Shown here one piece after another: positions 20,261 to 31,445 of a DNA stretch of 64,000 nucleotides; the first letter of the stretch is position 1, and each line of letters opens with the position of its first letter. The stretch spans positions 800,001 through 864,000 of the forward strand of contig CAWGVS010000012.1 of assembly GCA_963826115.1 (NCBI GenBank), given 5' to 3'. A model generated the notes under the pieces. The model was not told the origin of the DNA and did no database searches. It saw nothing but the letters and a program-made list of their open reading frames with translations. The DNA comes from an uncultured Candidatus Rokubacteria bacterium (GTDB lineage Bacteria; Methylomirabilota; Methylomirabilia; Rokubacteriales; DASRDR01). Both the position numbers and the translations under genes were made by a program.

Positions 20261-21532
20261 ATGGCCGTGGCGGCGATCGACGTGCGCGAGCTGGTCGAGA
20301 CGCGTGCCCGGGCCGCGCGCGACGCCGCCCGGAGCCTGGCGCTCGCCAGCGCGCGGGTGAAGGGGGACGCGCTCCTCGCCATGGCGCGCGGCGTGGAGGA
20401 GAAGGCGCCGGCCATCCTCGAGGCGAACCGCGCCGACCTCGACCGGGCGCGCGGCCAGGGCCACCCCCGCGCGTTCCTGGACCGGCTCACCCTGACCGAG
20501 GCGCGCATCGAGGACATGGCGGCGGGGATCCGCCAGGTCGCGGCGCTGCCGGATCCGGTGGGCGAGATCGTCCGCGGCTGGCGCCGGCCGAACGGCATGG
20601 AGATCACGAAGGTCCGCGTGCCGCTCGGCGTGATCGGGTTCATCTACGAGAGCCGCCCCAACGTCACCGCCGACGCCGCCGCGCTCTGCATCAAGAGCGG
20701 GAACGCCTGCGTGCTCCGCGGCGGGCGCGAGGCGCTCGAGTCGAACGCGGTGATCGCCGCGATCCTCGGGAAGGGCCTCGAGAAGGCCGGGCTCCCCGCG
20801 GAGGCGCTCGGCTTCATCGACGTCCCCGACCGGGCGGCCGTCGAGATCCTCATCACGCTGGACCGCCTCGTCGACCTCATCGTGCCGCGCGGCGGGGAGG
20901 CGTTCGTGCGCTTCGTCACCGAGCGCGCCACCGTCCCGATCCTCAAGCACGACAAGGGCGTCTGCCACGTCTACGTCCACGCGGGCGCGGACCTCGGCAT
21001 GGCGGCCGACATCGCGCTGAACGCGAAGGCTCAGCGTCCGGGCGTGTGCAACGCCATGGAGACGCTCCTCGTCCACGCGGACGCGGCGCCCACGTTCCTG
21101 CCCGCGGTCGCCGCGCGCTTCCGCGCGGCGGGCGTCGAGCTCCGCGGCTGCCCCCGGACGCTCGAGCTCGTGCCGGAGGCGCGCCCGGCCACGGACGCCG
21201 ACTGGGACACGGAGTACCTCGACCTCATCCTGTCGGTGCGGGTCGTGCCGAGCCTCGACGAGGCCATCGCGCACGTCCGGCGACACGGCTCGGGTGTGGC
21301 GGAGGCGATCGTCACGCGGGACCTCGCGGCCGCGCGCCGCTTCGTGGCGGAGGTGGACGCCGGGTGCGTCCTGATCAACGCGTCCACACGGCTCGTCGAC
21401 GGCAACCAGTTCGGCATGGGCGCGGAGCTCGGCATCTCGACCTCGAAGCTCCACGCGCGCGGGCCCGTCGGCGTCGAGGAGCTCACCACGACGAAGTTCG
21501 TGGTGACCGGCTCCGGCCAGATCCGCGAGTAA
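20261..21532 (+). CDS. proA: Gamma-glutamyl phosphate reductase
   Basis: IYESRPNVT, CNAMETLL, GAELGISTSKLHARGP. Confidence 0.97.
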   Translation: MAVAAIDVRELVETRARAARDAARSLALASARVKGDALLAMARGVEEKAPAILEANRADLDRARGQGHPRAFLDRLTLTEARIEDMAAGIRQVAALPDPVGEIVRGWRRPNGMEITKVRVPLGVIGFIYESRPNVTADAAALCIKSGNACVLRGGREALESNAVIAAILGKGLEKAGLPAEALGFIDVPDRAAVEILITLDRLVDLIVPRGGEAFVRFVTERATVPILKHDKGVCHVYVHAGADLGMAADIALNAKAQRPGVCNAMETLLVHADAAPTFLPAVAARFRAAGVELRGCPRTLELVPEARPATDADWDTEYLDLILSVRVVPSLDEAIAHVRRHGSGVAEAIVTRDLAAARRFVAEVDAGCVLINASTRLVDGNQFGMGAELGISTSKLHARGPVGVEELTTTKFVVTGSGQIRE

Positions 21533-21565
21533 CCGTGGCGGGAGCCCGCCCCTGAGGCGCCGCCG

Positions 21566-22234
21566 ATGGCGGAGTGGCGGCTCGGCATCCTGGGCGGCAC
21601 GTTCAACCCGATCCATCTCGGGCACCTGGTCCTCGCCGAGGCCTTCCGCGAGCGGCTCGCCCTCGACCGCATCCTGTTCGTGCCCGCGGCGACGCCGCCC
21701 CACAAGCCGCCCCTCGGACTCGTGCCCGCGCTCCACCGCTACGCGATGGTGAGCCTCGCGGTGGCGGGGCACCCCGGCTTCGTCGCGTGCCCGACCGAGC
21801 TCGAGCGCGCGGGGCCGTCCTACTCCGCCGACACCGTGGAGATCCTCGCCGGCGACTGGCCCGGCGCGCGGCTCTTCTTCCTGATGGGGAGCGACACGTT
21901 CCTCGACCTGCCGACGTGGCGGACGCCGGAGCGGCTCGGCGTGTTCGCGACGCTCGGCGTCGGGTACCGGGCCGGCAGCGCCTTCGAGCCCGAGGGGCCG
22001 GCCGCGCGGGCGGTCCTGGCCCGGTACGGGCGGCCGGGCTGGCGCCGCGTGCCGCCGGTCGCTCCGGAAACGCTCGCGCCCGGCGACTGCGCGCTCGTCG
22101 AGATGCGCTCCGTCCCCGTGTCGGCGCGCGGGGTGCGCGAGCGGCTCGCGGCCGGGGAGAGCGTCCGGGACCAGGTGCCGCTGGCCGTGGCCGAGTACAT
22201 CACCGATCATCGCCTCTACGGGAGACCCATCTAG
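21566..22234 (+). CDS. nadD: Nicotinate-nucleotide adenylyltransferase
   Basis: GGTFNPIHLGH, PPHK, MGSD. Confidence 0.94.
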   Translation: MAEWRLGILGGTFNPIHLGHLVLAEAFRERLALDRILFVPAATPPHKPPLGLVPALHRYAMVSLAVAGHPGFVACPTELERAGPSYSADTVEILAGDWPGARLFFLMGSDTFLDLPTWRTPERLGVFATLGVGYRAGSAFEPEGPAARAVLARYGRPGWRRVPPVAPETLAPGDCALVEMRSVPVSARGVRERLAAGESVRDQVPLAVAEYITDHRLYGRPI

Positions 22235-22235
22235 C

Positions 22236-22586
22236 GTGGCTGGTTCTGTCAGCGAGAAGGCCCAGTTGTCGGCGCGCGCCGCGCTCGACAAGCGGGCGCA
22301 GGCCCTCCAGCTCCTCGATCTCGCCGCCCTGTCCGGGATCGCCGACTACTTCGTCCTCTGCACCGGCTCGTCGACGACCCACGTCTCGACGATCGCCGAG
22401 GCGGTGGAGTCGGCACTCAAGGCCGCCGGCTACCGCGCCCTCCACCGGGAGGGCGTGGCCGCGTCCGGATGGCTCCTCCTCGACTACGGCGACGTCGTCG
22501 TCCACGTCTTCCTCCCCGAGACGCGCGCGTTCTACGCGCTCGACCGGCTCTGGGGCGACGCGCCCGAGGTGCCGATCGAGGCGTGA
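22236..22586 (+). CDS. rsfS: Ribosome silencing factor
   Basis: DYFVLCTG, WLLLDYGDVVVHVF..R.FY.LDRLW. Confidence 0.94.
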   Translation: MAGSVSEKAQLSARAALDKRAQALQLLDLAALSGIADYFVLCTGSSTTHVSTIAEAVESALKAAGYRALHREGVAASGWLLLDYGDVVVHVFLPETRAFYALDRLWGDAPEVPIEA

Positions 22587-22598
22587 AGGCCGCGCGGC

Positions 22599-22627
22599 TG
22601 GACACCCCTCCGGCCGCATGCTACGGT
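22599..22627 (+). promoter_or_regulatory. Probable promoter of the dksA-like gene
   Basis: TGGACA-N17-TACGGT with TG extension. Confidence 0.45.
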
Positions 22628-22675
22628 GACCTCACGCGCCGGGCGCGTTGGGGTCGGCGCGGTGGAGGAGGGCGA

Positions 22676-23059
22676 ATGGCGATGGCGACCAAGCTCGGCC
22701 AGCACCGGCTGAAGGCGTTGCGGGAAGCCCTCGTCGCCAAGCGCCGCCAGCTCGAGACCGAGGTCGGCCGCAGCGTCCTCTACGAGAAGGGCCTCGACGA
22801 CGACGCGACCAAGGACCTGGGCGACCAGGCCAACACCGCCTACACGCGCGAGTTCCAGTTCGAGCTCGGGAACGGCGACCGTCGCCTCCTGCGGGAGGTG
22901 CTGACCGCGCTCCGGAAGCTCGACGAGGGCGGCTTCGGCGAGTGCGAGCGGTGCAGCGAGCCGATCGGCGACAAGCGCCTCGACGCGCTCCCGTTCGCCC
23001 GCTACTGCATCGACTGCCAGCGGCGCCTCGAGCGCGAGGACAAGGCCGCCGCCGGCTAG
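22676..23059 (+). CDS. dksA: TraR/DksA C4 zinc-finger protein
   Basis: DLGDQA coiled-coil tip; CERC...CIDC; GGAGGAGG SD. Confidence 0.85.
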   Translation: MAMATKLGQHRLKALREALVAKRRQLETEVGRSVLYEKGLDDDATKDLGDQANTAYTREFQFELGNGDRRLLREVLTALRKLDEGGFGECERCSEPIGDKRLDALPFARYCIDCQRRLEREDKAAAG

Positions 23060-23086
23060 GCCGGCTTCCCCCCGAGGGGCCCCTCG

Positions 23087-23833
23087 ATGGCCCTCGCCGT
23101 CGCGCGCTGGCTCGATCCCCTTCTCGACCTCGTCTTCCCGGCCGTCTGCCCGGTCTGCGAGACCCGCTCCGACGATCCCGCGCATCGCCCGTTCTGCGGT
23201 CCCTGCTGGGCCGCCCTCCCGGTCGGCGTCGGCCCGGGGTGCGTCGTGTGCGGCGAGCCCTTCCCGGGGCTCGCCGGGCGCCGGCCCTGCGACGCATGCC
23301 GCCGGACCCCGCCGCCCTACGCGTTCGCGCGGGCCGTCGCGCCCTACCGGGACGGCATGCGCGAGGCGATCCACGCGCTGAAGTTCGGGGGCCGCCCCGT
23401 CCTCGCGACGCCGCTCGGGGCGCTCCTCGCCGAGGCGGGCGCCGGCGTCCTGCCCGCGCCGCCCGAGAGCGCCATCGACGGCCTGGTGCCGGTCCCGCTC
23501 CACCCGGCCCGGCTCGCCGAGCGCGGGTTCAACCAGGCCGAGCTCCTGGCGGCGCCGTGTGCGGCCCGCTGGGAGGTGCCGGTGCTCGGGCGCGCCCTCA
23601 TCCGCGCGCGGCCGACGCGGCCCCAGACGGACCTCGACGCCGCGGCCCGGCGCGCGAACGTCCGGAGCGCGTTCCGCGTGCCGCGTCCCGCGGCGGTGCG
23701 CGGCCGGCGGCTCCTGCTGATCGACGACGTCCTCACGACGGGCGCGACGGTCGGCGCGGCCGCCGCGACGCTCCGGGCGGCCGGGGCCGCGGCGGTCGGC
23801 GTCCTGACCCTCGCCCGCGTCGTCCAGCGCTGA
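23087..23833 (+). CDS. comF: ComF family double-zinc-ribbon phosphoribosyltransferase
   Basis: Four CxxC pairs, RGFNQA, LIDDVLTTGAT. Confidence 0.92.
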   Translation: MALAVARWLDPLLDLVFPAVCPVCETRSDDPAHRPFCGPCWAALPVGVGPGCVVCGEPFPGLAGRRPCDACRRTPPPYAFARAVAPYRDGMREAIHALKFGGRPVLATPLGALLAEAGAGVLPAPPESAIDGLVPVPLHPARLAERGFNQAELLAAPCAARWEVPVLGRALIRARPTRPQTDLDAAARRANVRSAFRVPRPAAVRGRRLLLIDDVLTTGATVGAAAATLRAAGAAAVGVLTLARVVQR

Positions 23834-24967
<1,134 letters not shown>

Positions 24968-25017
24968 GCCCGGCCCTCCGGGCGCGGCCGGGCCCGGCCG
25001 GCCGCCGCGCCCCCGCC

Positions 25018-26205
25018 ATGTCGAAGCGCACGATCGAGACCGTCGACCTCCGGGACCGCCGCGTCTTCGTGCGCGTCGACTTCAACGTCCCGCTCGGCGC
25101 CGACGGCGAGGTGAGCGAGGACGCGCGCATCCGGGCGGTCCTGCCGACCCTCCACCACGCGCGGACGCACGGCGCGCGCACGATGATCGTCGCGTCCCAC
25201 CTCGGGCGCCCCAAGGGCGGGCCCGAGCCGAGGTTCTCGCTTGCGCCGGTCGCGCGGCGCCTCGGCGCGCTCCTGGGCGAGACGGTGCCGCTCGCCGGCG
25301 ACTGCGTCGGGCCGGCCGTCGAGCGGCAGGCGACCGGCTTGCCCAGGGGCGGCCTCCTCCTCCTCGAGAATCTCCGCTTCCACGCCGGCGAGGAGGCGAA
25401 CGATCCCGCCTTCGCGGGCGCGCTCGCGCGGCTCGGCGACGTCTATGTGGACGACGCGTTCGCGGCGGCGCACCGGGCCCACGCCTCGACCGAGGGCATC
25501 ACGCGGCACCTCCGGCCGGCGGTGGCCGGGCTCCTCATGAAGCAGGAGCTCACCGCGCTCGCGCGGATCTTCGACGCGCCGGCGCGCCCGCTGGTCGCGA
25601 TCCTCGGGGGCGCGAAGGTCTCCGACAAGCTCGCGCTCATCTCGTCCCTCCTCGGCAAGGTCGACCGGCTCCTCGTCGGTGGCGGGATGGCGTTCACGTT
25701 CCTCCGGGCCCAGGGCCACGCCGTCGGGCGGTCCCTCCTCGAGGCGAGCCTGGTGGACACGGCGCGGAAGCTCCTCGACGAGGCGCGCGCCCGCGGGGTC
25801 GACTTGCGCCTTCCCGTCGACACGGTGGTCGCGGCCGGGCCCGACGCCGCCGCGGGCACGGTCGTCGGGAGCGACGCGATCCCGGCGGACCTGATGGGCC
25901 TCGACATCGGCCCGGCCACCGTGCGCCACTTCGCGGAGGGCCTCCGCGACTGCCGGACCATCATCTGGAATGGCCCGATGGGCGTGTTCGAGCGGGCCCC
26001 GTTCGCCGCCGGCACGCTCGGGCTGGCGCGGGCCGTCGCGGACTCGGCCGCGCTGTCGGTCGTCGGCGGCGGGGACTCGGTGGCCGCCGTGGAGGCCGCG
26101 GGGGTCGCCGACCGCATCGGGTATCTCTCCACGGGCGGCGGCGCGTTCCTGGAGTACCTCGAGGGGCGAACCCTCCCGGGCGTCGCCGCGCTGGACGACG
26201 CGTGA
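25018..26205 (+). CDS. pgk: Phosphoglycerate kinase
   Basis: RVDFNVP, SHLGRP, LENLRF, STGGGA. Confidence 0.97.
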   Translation: MSKRTIETVDLRDRRVFVRVDFNVPLGADGEVSEDARIRAVLPTLHHARTHGARTMIVASHLGRPKGGPEPRFSLAPVARRLGALLGETVPLAGDCVGPAVERQATGLPRGGLLLLENLRFHAGEEANDPAFAGALARLGDVYVDDAFAAAHRAHASTEGITRHLRPAVAGLLMKQELTALARIFDAPARPLVAILGGAKVSDKLALISSLLGKVDRLLVGGGMAFTFLRAQGHAVGRSLLEASLVDTARKLLDEARARGVDLRLPVDTVVAAGPDAAAGTVVGSDAIPADLMGLDIGPATVRHFAEGLRDCRTIIWNGPMGVFERAPFAAGTLGLARAVADSAALSVVGGGDSVAAVEAAGVADRIGYLSTGGGAFLEYLEGRTLPGVAALDDA

Positions 26206-27023
26206 TGGGGCGTCCGGTGGCCGAGCGCCCCGCGCCGCGCACGCCGGTGATCGCGGGCAACTGGAAGATGCACACCAGCCTCGCCGAGGCGCGGACGCTG
26301 GCCGCGGCCGTGCGCGACGGCTGCCGGGGGCTCGCGGACATCCGGGTCGCCGTCTGCCCGCCCTTCACGGCGCTCGCCGCGGTGGCCGAGGTCCTGGCCG
26401 GCTCGAGCATCCTCGTCGGGGCCCAGGACGCGCACTGGGAGGCGGCGGGCGCGTTCACGGGCTCGGTCTCGCCCGCTCAGGTGCGGGACGCCGGCGCCCG
26501 TCTCGTCATCCTCGGCCACTCCGAGCGGCGCCACGGCCTCGGCGAGACCGACGAGGTCGTGCGGGACAAGGTGACGGCCGCGCTCGCCCACGGGCTGACG
26601 CCGCTCGTCTGCGTCGGCGAGACCGCCGCCGAGCGGAAGGCGTCGCGCACGCTGGCCGTGGTCACCGCGCAGCTCGCCGACGCGCTCGGCGAGCGGCCGG
26701 CGGCCGAGATCGGGCGCTGCTGGCTCGCGTACGAGCCCGTGTGGGCGATCGGCACCGGGCAGACCGCGACGCCCGCCCAGGCCGGCGAGGTGCACGGCGA
26801 GCTCCGGGCCGCGCTCGCGGGGCTCGCGGGCGCCGCCGTCGCCGCCGCGTGCCCGATCCTCTACGGCGGGAGCGTCAAGTCCGAGGTGATCCCCGCGCTC
26901 ATGGCCCAGCCCGACATCGACGGCGCCCTCGTGGGGGGCGCGAGTCTCAAGGCCGCCGAGTTCATCGCCATCGTCCGGGCCGGCCTCGACGCCAAGGGCC
27001 GCGCGGGCGTGGCCGCGCGCTGA
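26205..27023 (+). CDS. tpiA: Triosephosphate isomerase
   Basis: AGNWKM, GHSERR, AYEPVWAIGTG, LVGGASL. Confidence 0.97.
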   Translation: MGRPVAERPAPRTPVIAGNWKMHTSLAEARTLAAAVRDGCRGLADIRVAVCPPFTALAAVAEVLAGSSILVGAQDAHWEAAGAFTGSVSPAQVRDAGARLVILGHSERRHGLGETDEVVRDKVTAALAHGLTPLVCVGETAAERKASRTLAVVTAQLADALGERPAAEIGRCWLAYEPVWAIGTGQTATPAQAGEVHGELRAALAGLAGAAVAAACPILYGGSVKSEVIPALMAQPDIDGALVGGASLKAAEFIAIVRAGLDAKGRAGVAAR

Positions 27024-27058
27024 CCGACCATGACCCAGCCACCAGTGAGGTGCCTCAC

Positions 27059-27388
27059 GTGTACTACGTGCTGATTGCCGTGCACGTCCTCGTCTGTCTC
27101 GCCATCATCGGGATCGTGCTGCTCCAGGCCGGGAAGGGCGCCGACATCGGCTCGGCGTTCGGCGGGGGCGGGAGCCAGGCGGTGTTCGGCTCCATGGGCA
27201 CGCCCACGATCCTGGGCAAGATCACGACCGTCGTCGCGATCCTGTTCATGATCACGTCGTTCAGCCTGGCGAAGCTCTCGTCGCGGGCGGCGTCGGTCGT
27301 GCCGGCCAGCATGCCGGCCCCCGCCGCGGAGACGCCGGCGCCGGCGGCGCCGGGCGCGCCGGCGCCCGCGCCCGCGCAGCCGAAGTAG
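27059..27388 (+). CDS. secG: Preprotein translocase SecG
   Basis: VLLQAGKGADIGSAFGGG; follows tpiA. Confidence 0.93.
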   Translation: MYYVLIAVHVLVCLAIIGIVLLQAGKGADIGSAFGGGGSQAVFGSMGTPTILGKITTVVAILFMITSFSLAKLSSRAASVVPASMPAPAAETPAPAAPGAPAPAPAQPK

Positions 27389-27399
27389 CCCGTCGCGAC

Positions 27400-29276
27400 A
27401 TGATCCCGACGCCGGGTCGCGGCCGGGTCCTGGCCTCGCTGGGCGCGCTCCTGGCCGTTGCGGGGCTGGCGCTGCTCCTCCCGCGCCCCGCCGCGCCCCA
27501 GGCGGCCGGGGCGAAGGTGACGGTCGCGCACGCGTTCTCGATGCACGGGGACCTCAAGTACCCGGCCGGCTTCCCGCACTTCCAGTACGTCAATCCCGAG
27601 GCCCCCGGGGCGGGGACGTCCGGCTCGCGGCCATCGGCACCTTCGACACGCTGAACCCGTTCGTCCTGAAGGGCGTGCCCGCGGTCGGGCTCGGGAACGT
27701 GTTCGACACGCTCACCGTGGCGTCCGAGGACGAGCCGTTCTCGCAGTACGGACTCATCGCCGAGACGATCGAGATGCCGGCCGACCGCTCGTGGGTGGCC
27801 TTCAACCTCCGCCCCCAGGCCCGCTTCCACGACGGGAGCCCCATCACGGTCGAGGACGTCGTCTGGACGTTCGACGCGCTCAAGACGAAGGGGCGGCCCT
27901 TCTACCGGAGCTACTACGCCCAGGTCGTGAAGGCCGAGAAGGCGGGCGACCGCAAGGTGCGCTTCGCGTTCGCGCCCGGAGAGAACCGCGAGCTGCCGCT
28001 GATCGTCGGCCAGCTCCCCGTGCTGTCGCGCACGTACTGGAGCAAGCGCGACTTCGAGAAGACGACGCTCGAGCCGCCCCTCGGCAGCGGGGCGTACCGC
28101 ATCGACGCCGTCGACCCCGGGCGCTCCATCACGTACCGCCGGGTGAAGGACTACTGGGCCGCGAAGCTCGCCGTGAACGTGGGCCGGGACAACTTCGACG
28201 CGCTCCGCTACGACTACTACCGCGACTCCACGGTGGCGATCGAGGCGTTGAAGGCGGGCGAGTACGACTTCCGCCTGGAGAACGTGGCCAAGAACTGGGC
28301 CACCGCGTACGCGACGCCGGCGGTGACGCGCGGGCTCCTCCGGAAGGAGGAGATCCCGAACGAGGTCCCGACCGGCATGCAGGGCTTCGTCTTCAACACG
28401 CGCCGGCCGATCTTCCAGGACGCCCGCGTGCGCCGCGCGCTCGCCTACGCGTTCGACTTCGAGTGGAGCAACAAGAACCTCTTCTTCGGCGCGTACACGC
28501 GCACCCGGAGCTACTTCTCGAACTCGGAGCTGGCCTCGAGCGGCCTGCCGAGCGGCGAGGAGCTGAAGGCGCTCGAGCCGTTCCGGGGCAAGGTCCCCGA
28601 CGAGGTCTTCGCCAAGGAGTACCAGCCGCCGGCGACCGACGGGAGCGGCAACGTCCGGGACGGCGCGCGGGAGGCGCTCCGGCTCCTCGGCGAGGCCGGC
28701 TGGACCGTCAAGGGCCAGAAGCTGGTCGACGGCCGCGGGGAGCCGATGCAGTTCGAGATCCTGCTCGACGACCCCACCTGGGAGCGGATCGCGCTGCCCT
28801 TCGCGAAGAACCTCGAGCGGCTCGGCGTCACCGCGCGTGTCCGGGTCGTCGACGCGGCTCAGTACGAGAAGCGGTCGGACGACTTCGACTTCGACATGAT
28901 CGTCGGGCTGTGGCCGCAGTCGCTGTCGCCGGGCAACGAGCAGCGCGAGTTCTGGGCCTCCCAGACCGCCGCGGAGCGCGGGAGCCGAAACCTCGCGGGC
29001 ATCAAGGACCCCGCCGTCGACAAGCTCATCGACCTGGTGATCCAGGCGCCCGACCGGCCGGGCCTGGTCGCCCGGACCCGCGCCCTCGACCGGGTGCTCC
29101 TGTGGGGGCACTACGTCATCCCCCACTGGCACATCCGCGCGTTCCGCGTCGTCTACTGGGACAAGTTCGCGCGGCCCGCCGTCTCGCCCCGGTTCGCGCT
29201 CGGCTTCGATACCTGGTGGGTCGACGCGGCGAAGGAGGCCGCCCTCGCCCGTCGAAAGGGCGAGATTCCGAAGTAG
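27400..29276 (+). pseudogene. yejA: YejA-like peptide ABC substrate-binding protein with a 1-nt frameshift at about 27602-27610
   Basis: Signal peptide plus HGDLKYP..F.YVNPEAP in one frame, then RGGDVRL..GTFDTLNPF in another; break lies in a C5G4 run. Confidence 0.8.
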
Positions 29277-29291
29277 CCCCGGCGCGCGCCG

Positions 29292-30398
29292 ATGCTCGCC
29301 TACGCGGTCCGCCGCCTCCTGCTGTTCGTCCCCACGCTGTTCGGCATCATGGTCGTCAACTTCCTCATCGTCCAGGCCGCGCCGGGCGGACCCGTCGAGC
29401 TGATGATCTCCCGCCTGCGCGGACACGGCGTCGAGGCGACGGCGCGCGTCGGCGGCTCCGGCACCGGCGAGACCCGGACGGTCCCGGGCAGCGGCCCGGC
29501 CGGCGACGTGACCGACAAGTACCGCGGGGCCCGCGGCATCGATCCGGAGCTGATCCGCCAGCTCGAGCGCCAGTACGGATTCGACCGCCCCGCCCCCGAG
29601 CGCTTCGCGCGCATGATCCGGAGCTACCTCGCGTTCGATTTCGGATCGAGCTTCTACCGAGATCGCCGCGTCGTCGACCTGATCGTCGAGAAGCTGCCGG
29701 TGTCGATCTCGCTCGGCCTCTGGACGACGCTGGCCGTCTACCTCGTGTCGATTCCGCTCGGGATCGCCAAGGCCGTGCGCGACGGCTCGACGTTCGACGT
29801 CTGGACCAGCGGCATGGTCATCGTCGGCTACGCGATCCCCAGCTTTCTGTTCGCCATCCTGCTGATCGTCCTGTTCGCCGGCGGCAGCTTCCTCGACTGG
29901 TTCCCGCTCCGCGGTCTCTTTTCGGACCACTGGCAGGAGCTCGCCTGGCCGGCCCGGATCGCCGACTACGTCTGGCACATCACGCTGCCGATCGTGGCGC
30001 TCCTCGTCGGCGGGTTCGCCACGCTCACGATGCTGACCAAGAACTCCTTCCTGGACGAGATCAACAAGCAGTACGTGATCACCGCGCGCTCCAAGGGCCT
30101 GACCAAGCGCCGCGTGCTCTACGGCCACGTCTTCCGCAACGCGATGCTGCTCGTGGTGGCGGGCTTCCCGGCCGCGTTCGTGGGCATCCTGTTCACGAGC
30201 GCCCTCCTGATCGAGGTGATCTTCTCGCTCGACGGGCTGGGGCTCCTCGGCTTCGAGGCGGCGATCAACCGGGACTACCCGATCATGTTCGGGACCCTCT
30301 ACATCTACACGGTCGTGGGACTCCTCCTGACCCTGATCAGCGACCTCACCTACGTCGCCATCGACCCGCGCATCGACTTCGCCAGCCGGGAGAACTGA
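29292..30398 (+). CDS. yejB: YejB-like ABC permease
   Basis: APGGPVE, YRGARG, TKNSFLDEI.KQYV.TAR.KG, DPRIDF. Confidence 0.9.
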   Translation: MLAYAVRRLLLFVPTLFGIMVVNFLIVQAAPGGPVELMISRLRGHGVEATARVGGSGTGETRTVPGSGPAGDVTDKYRGARGIDPELIRQLERQYGFDRPAPERFARMIRSYLAFDFGSSFYRDRRVVDLIVEKLPVSISLGLWTTLAVYLVSIPLGIAKAVRDGSTFDVWTSGMVIVGYAIPSFLFAILLIVLFAGGSFLDWFPLRGLFSDHWQELAWPARIADYVWHITLPIVALLVGGFATLTMLTKNSFLDEINKQYVITARSKGLTKRRVLYGHVFRNAMLLVVAGFPAAFVGILFTSALLIEVIFSLDGLGLLGFEAAINRDYPIMFGTLYIYTVVGLLLTLISDLTYVAIDPRIDFASREN

Positions 30399-30401
30399 CG
30401 G

Positions 30402-31445
30402 GTGCCCTCCTTCCGGGTCGGCCGGGGCCTGAGCCCGCTGACGCGCCGTCGCCTCCGGAACTTCCGCGCCAACCGCCGTGGGTTCTGGTCGCTCTGGATC
30501 TTCACCGTGCTGTTCGGCGCGAGCCTCTTCGCCGAGGTGATCGCGAACGACCGTCCGCTGCTGGTCCGGTTCGACGGGGGGCTCTACTTCCCGGTCCTGC
30601 GCACGTACCCGGAGACGACGTTCGGCGGCGTGTTCCCCACCGAGGCGGTGTATCGCGACCCGACCGTCACCGCCCTGATCCGCGAGAAGGGGTGGCTCCT
30701 CTGGCCGCCCATCCCGTTTCGCTACGACACCATCAACTACGCGCTGCCGGTGCCGGCGCCGGCCCCGCCCTCGCCGGTGAACTGGCTCGGGACCGACGAC
30801 CAGGGGCGCGATCTCACCGCGCGGCTGATCTACGGCTTCCGGATCTCCGTCCTGTTCGGCTTGACCCTGACCTTGCTGAGCTCGGTCATCGGCGTCGCCG
30901 CCGGCGCGGTCCAGGGGTACTTCGGCGGGCTGACGGACCTCCTCTTCCAGCGGGCCATCGAGATCTGGTCCGGGCTGCCCGTGCTCTACCTCCTCATCAT
31001 CCTCGCCAGCATCGTCGAGCCGACGTTCTGGTGGCTTCTCGGCCTCATGCTACTCTTCAGCTGGATGTCGCTCGTCGGCGTGGTCCGCGCCGAGTTCCTC
31101 CGCGCGCGCAACTTCGACTACGTGCGCGCGGCGCGGGCGCTGGGCGTCCCGGCCGGCGTCATCATCGTCCGGCACGTCCTGCCGAACGCCATGGTCGCGA
31201 CGCTGACGTTCCTGCCGTTCATCCTGAGCGGCTCGATCACGACGCTGACGTCGCTCGACTTCCTGGGCTTCGGCCTGCCGCCGGGGTCGCCGTCGCTCGG
31301 CGAGATCTTGGCCCAGGGCAAGGCGAATCTCCAGGCGCCCTGGCTCGGCATCACCGGCTTCGTCGTGCTGGCCCTGATGCTGAGCCTCCTCGTCTTCATC
31401 GGCGAGGCCGTGCGGGACGCGTTCGATCCCCGGAAGACCGCCTGA
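30402..31445 (+). CDS. yejE: YejE-like ABC permease
   Basis: [30 protein letters not shown]. Confidence 0.9.
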   Translation: MPSFRVGRGLSPLTRRRLRNFRANRRGFWSLWIFTVLFGASLFAEVIANDRPLLVRFDGGLYFPVLRTYPETTFGGVFPTEAVYRDPTVTALIREKGWLLWPPIPFRYDTINYALPVPAPAPPSPVNWLGTDDQGRDLTARLIYGFRISVLFGLTLTLLSSVIGVAAGAVQGYFGGLTDLLFQRAIEIWSGLPVLYLLIILASIVEPTFWWLLGLMLLFSWMSLVGVVRAEFLRARNFDYVRAARALGVPAGVIIVRHVLPNAMVATLTFLPFILSGSITTLTSLDFLGFGLPPGSPSLGEILAQGKANLQAPWLGITGFVVLALMLSLLVFIGEAVRDAFDPRKTA

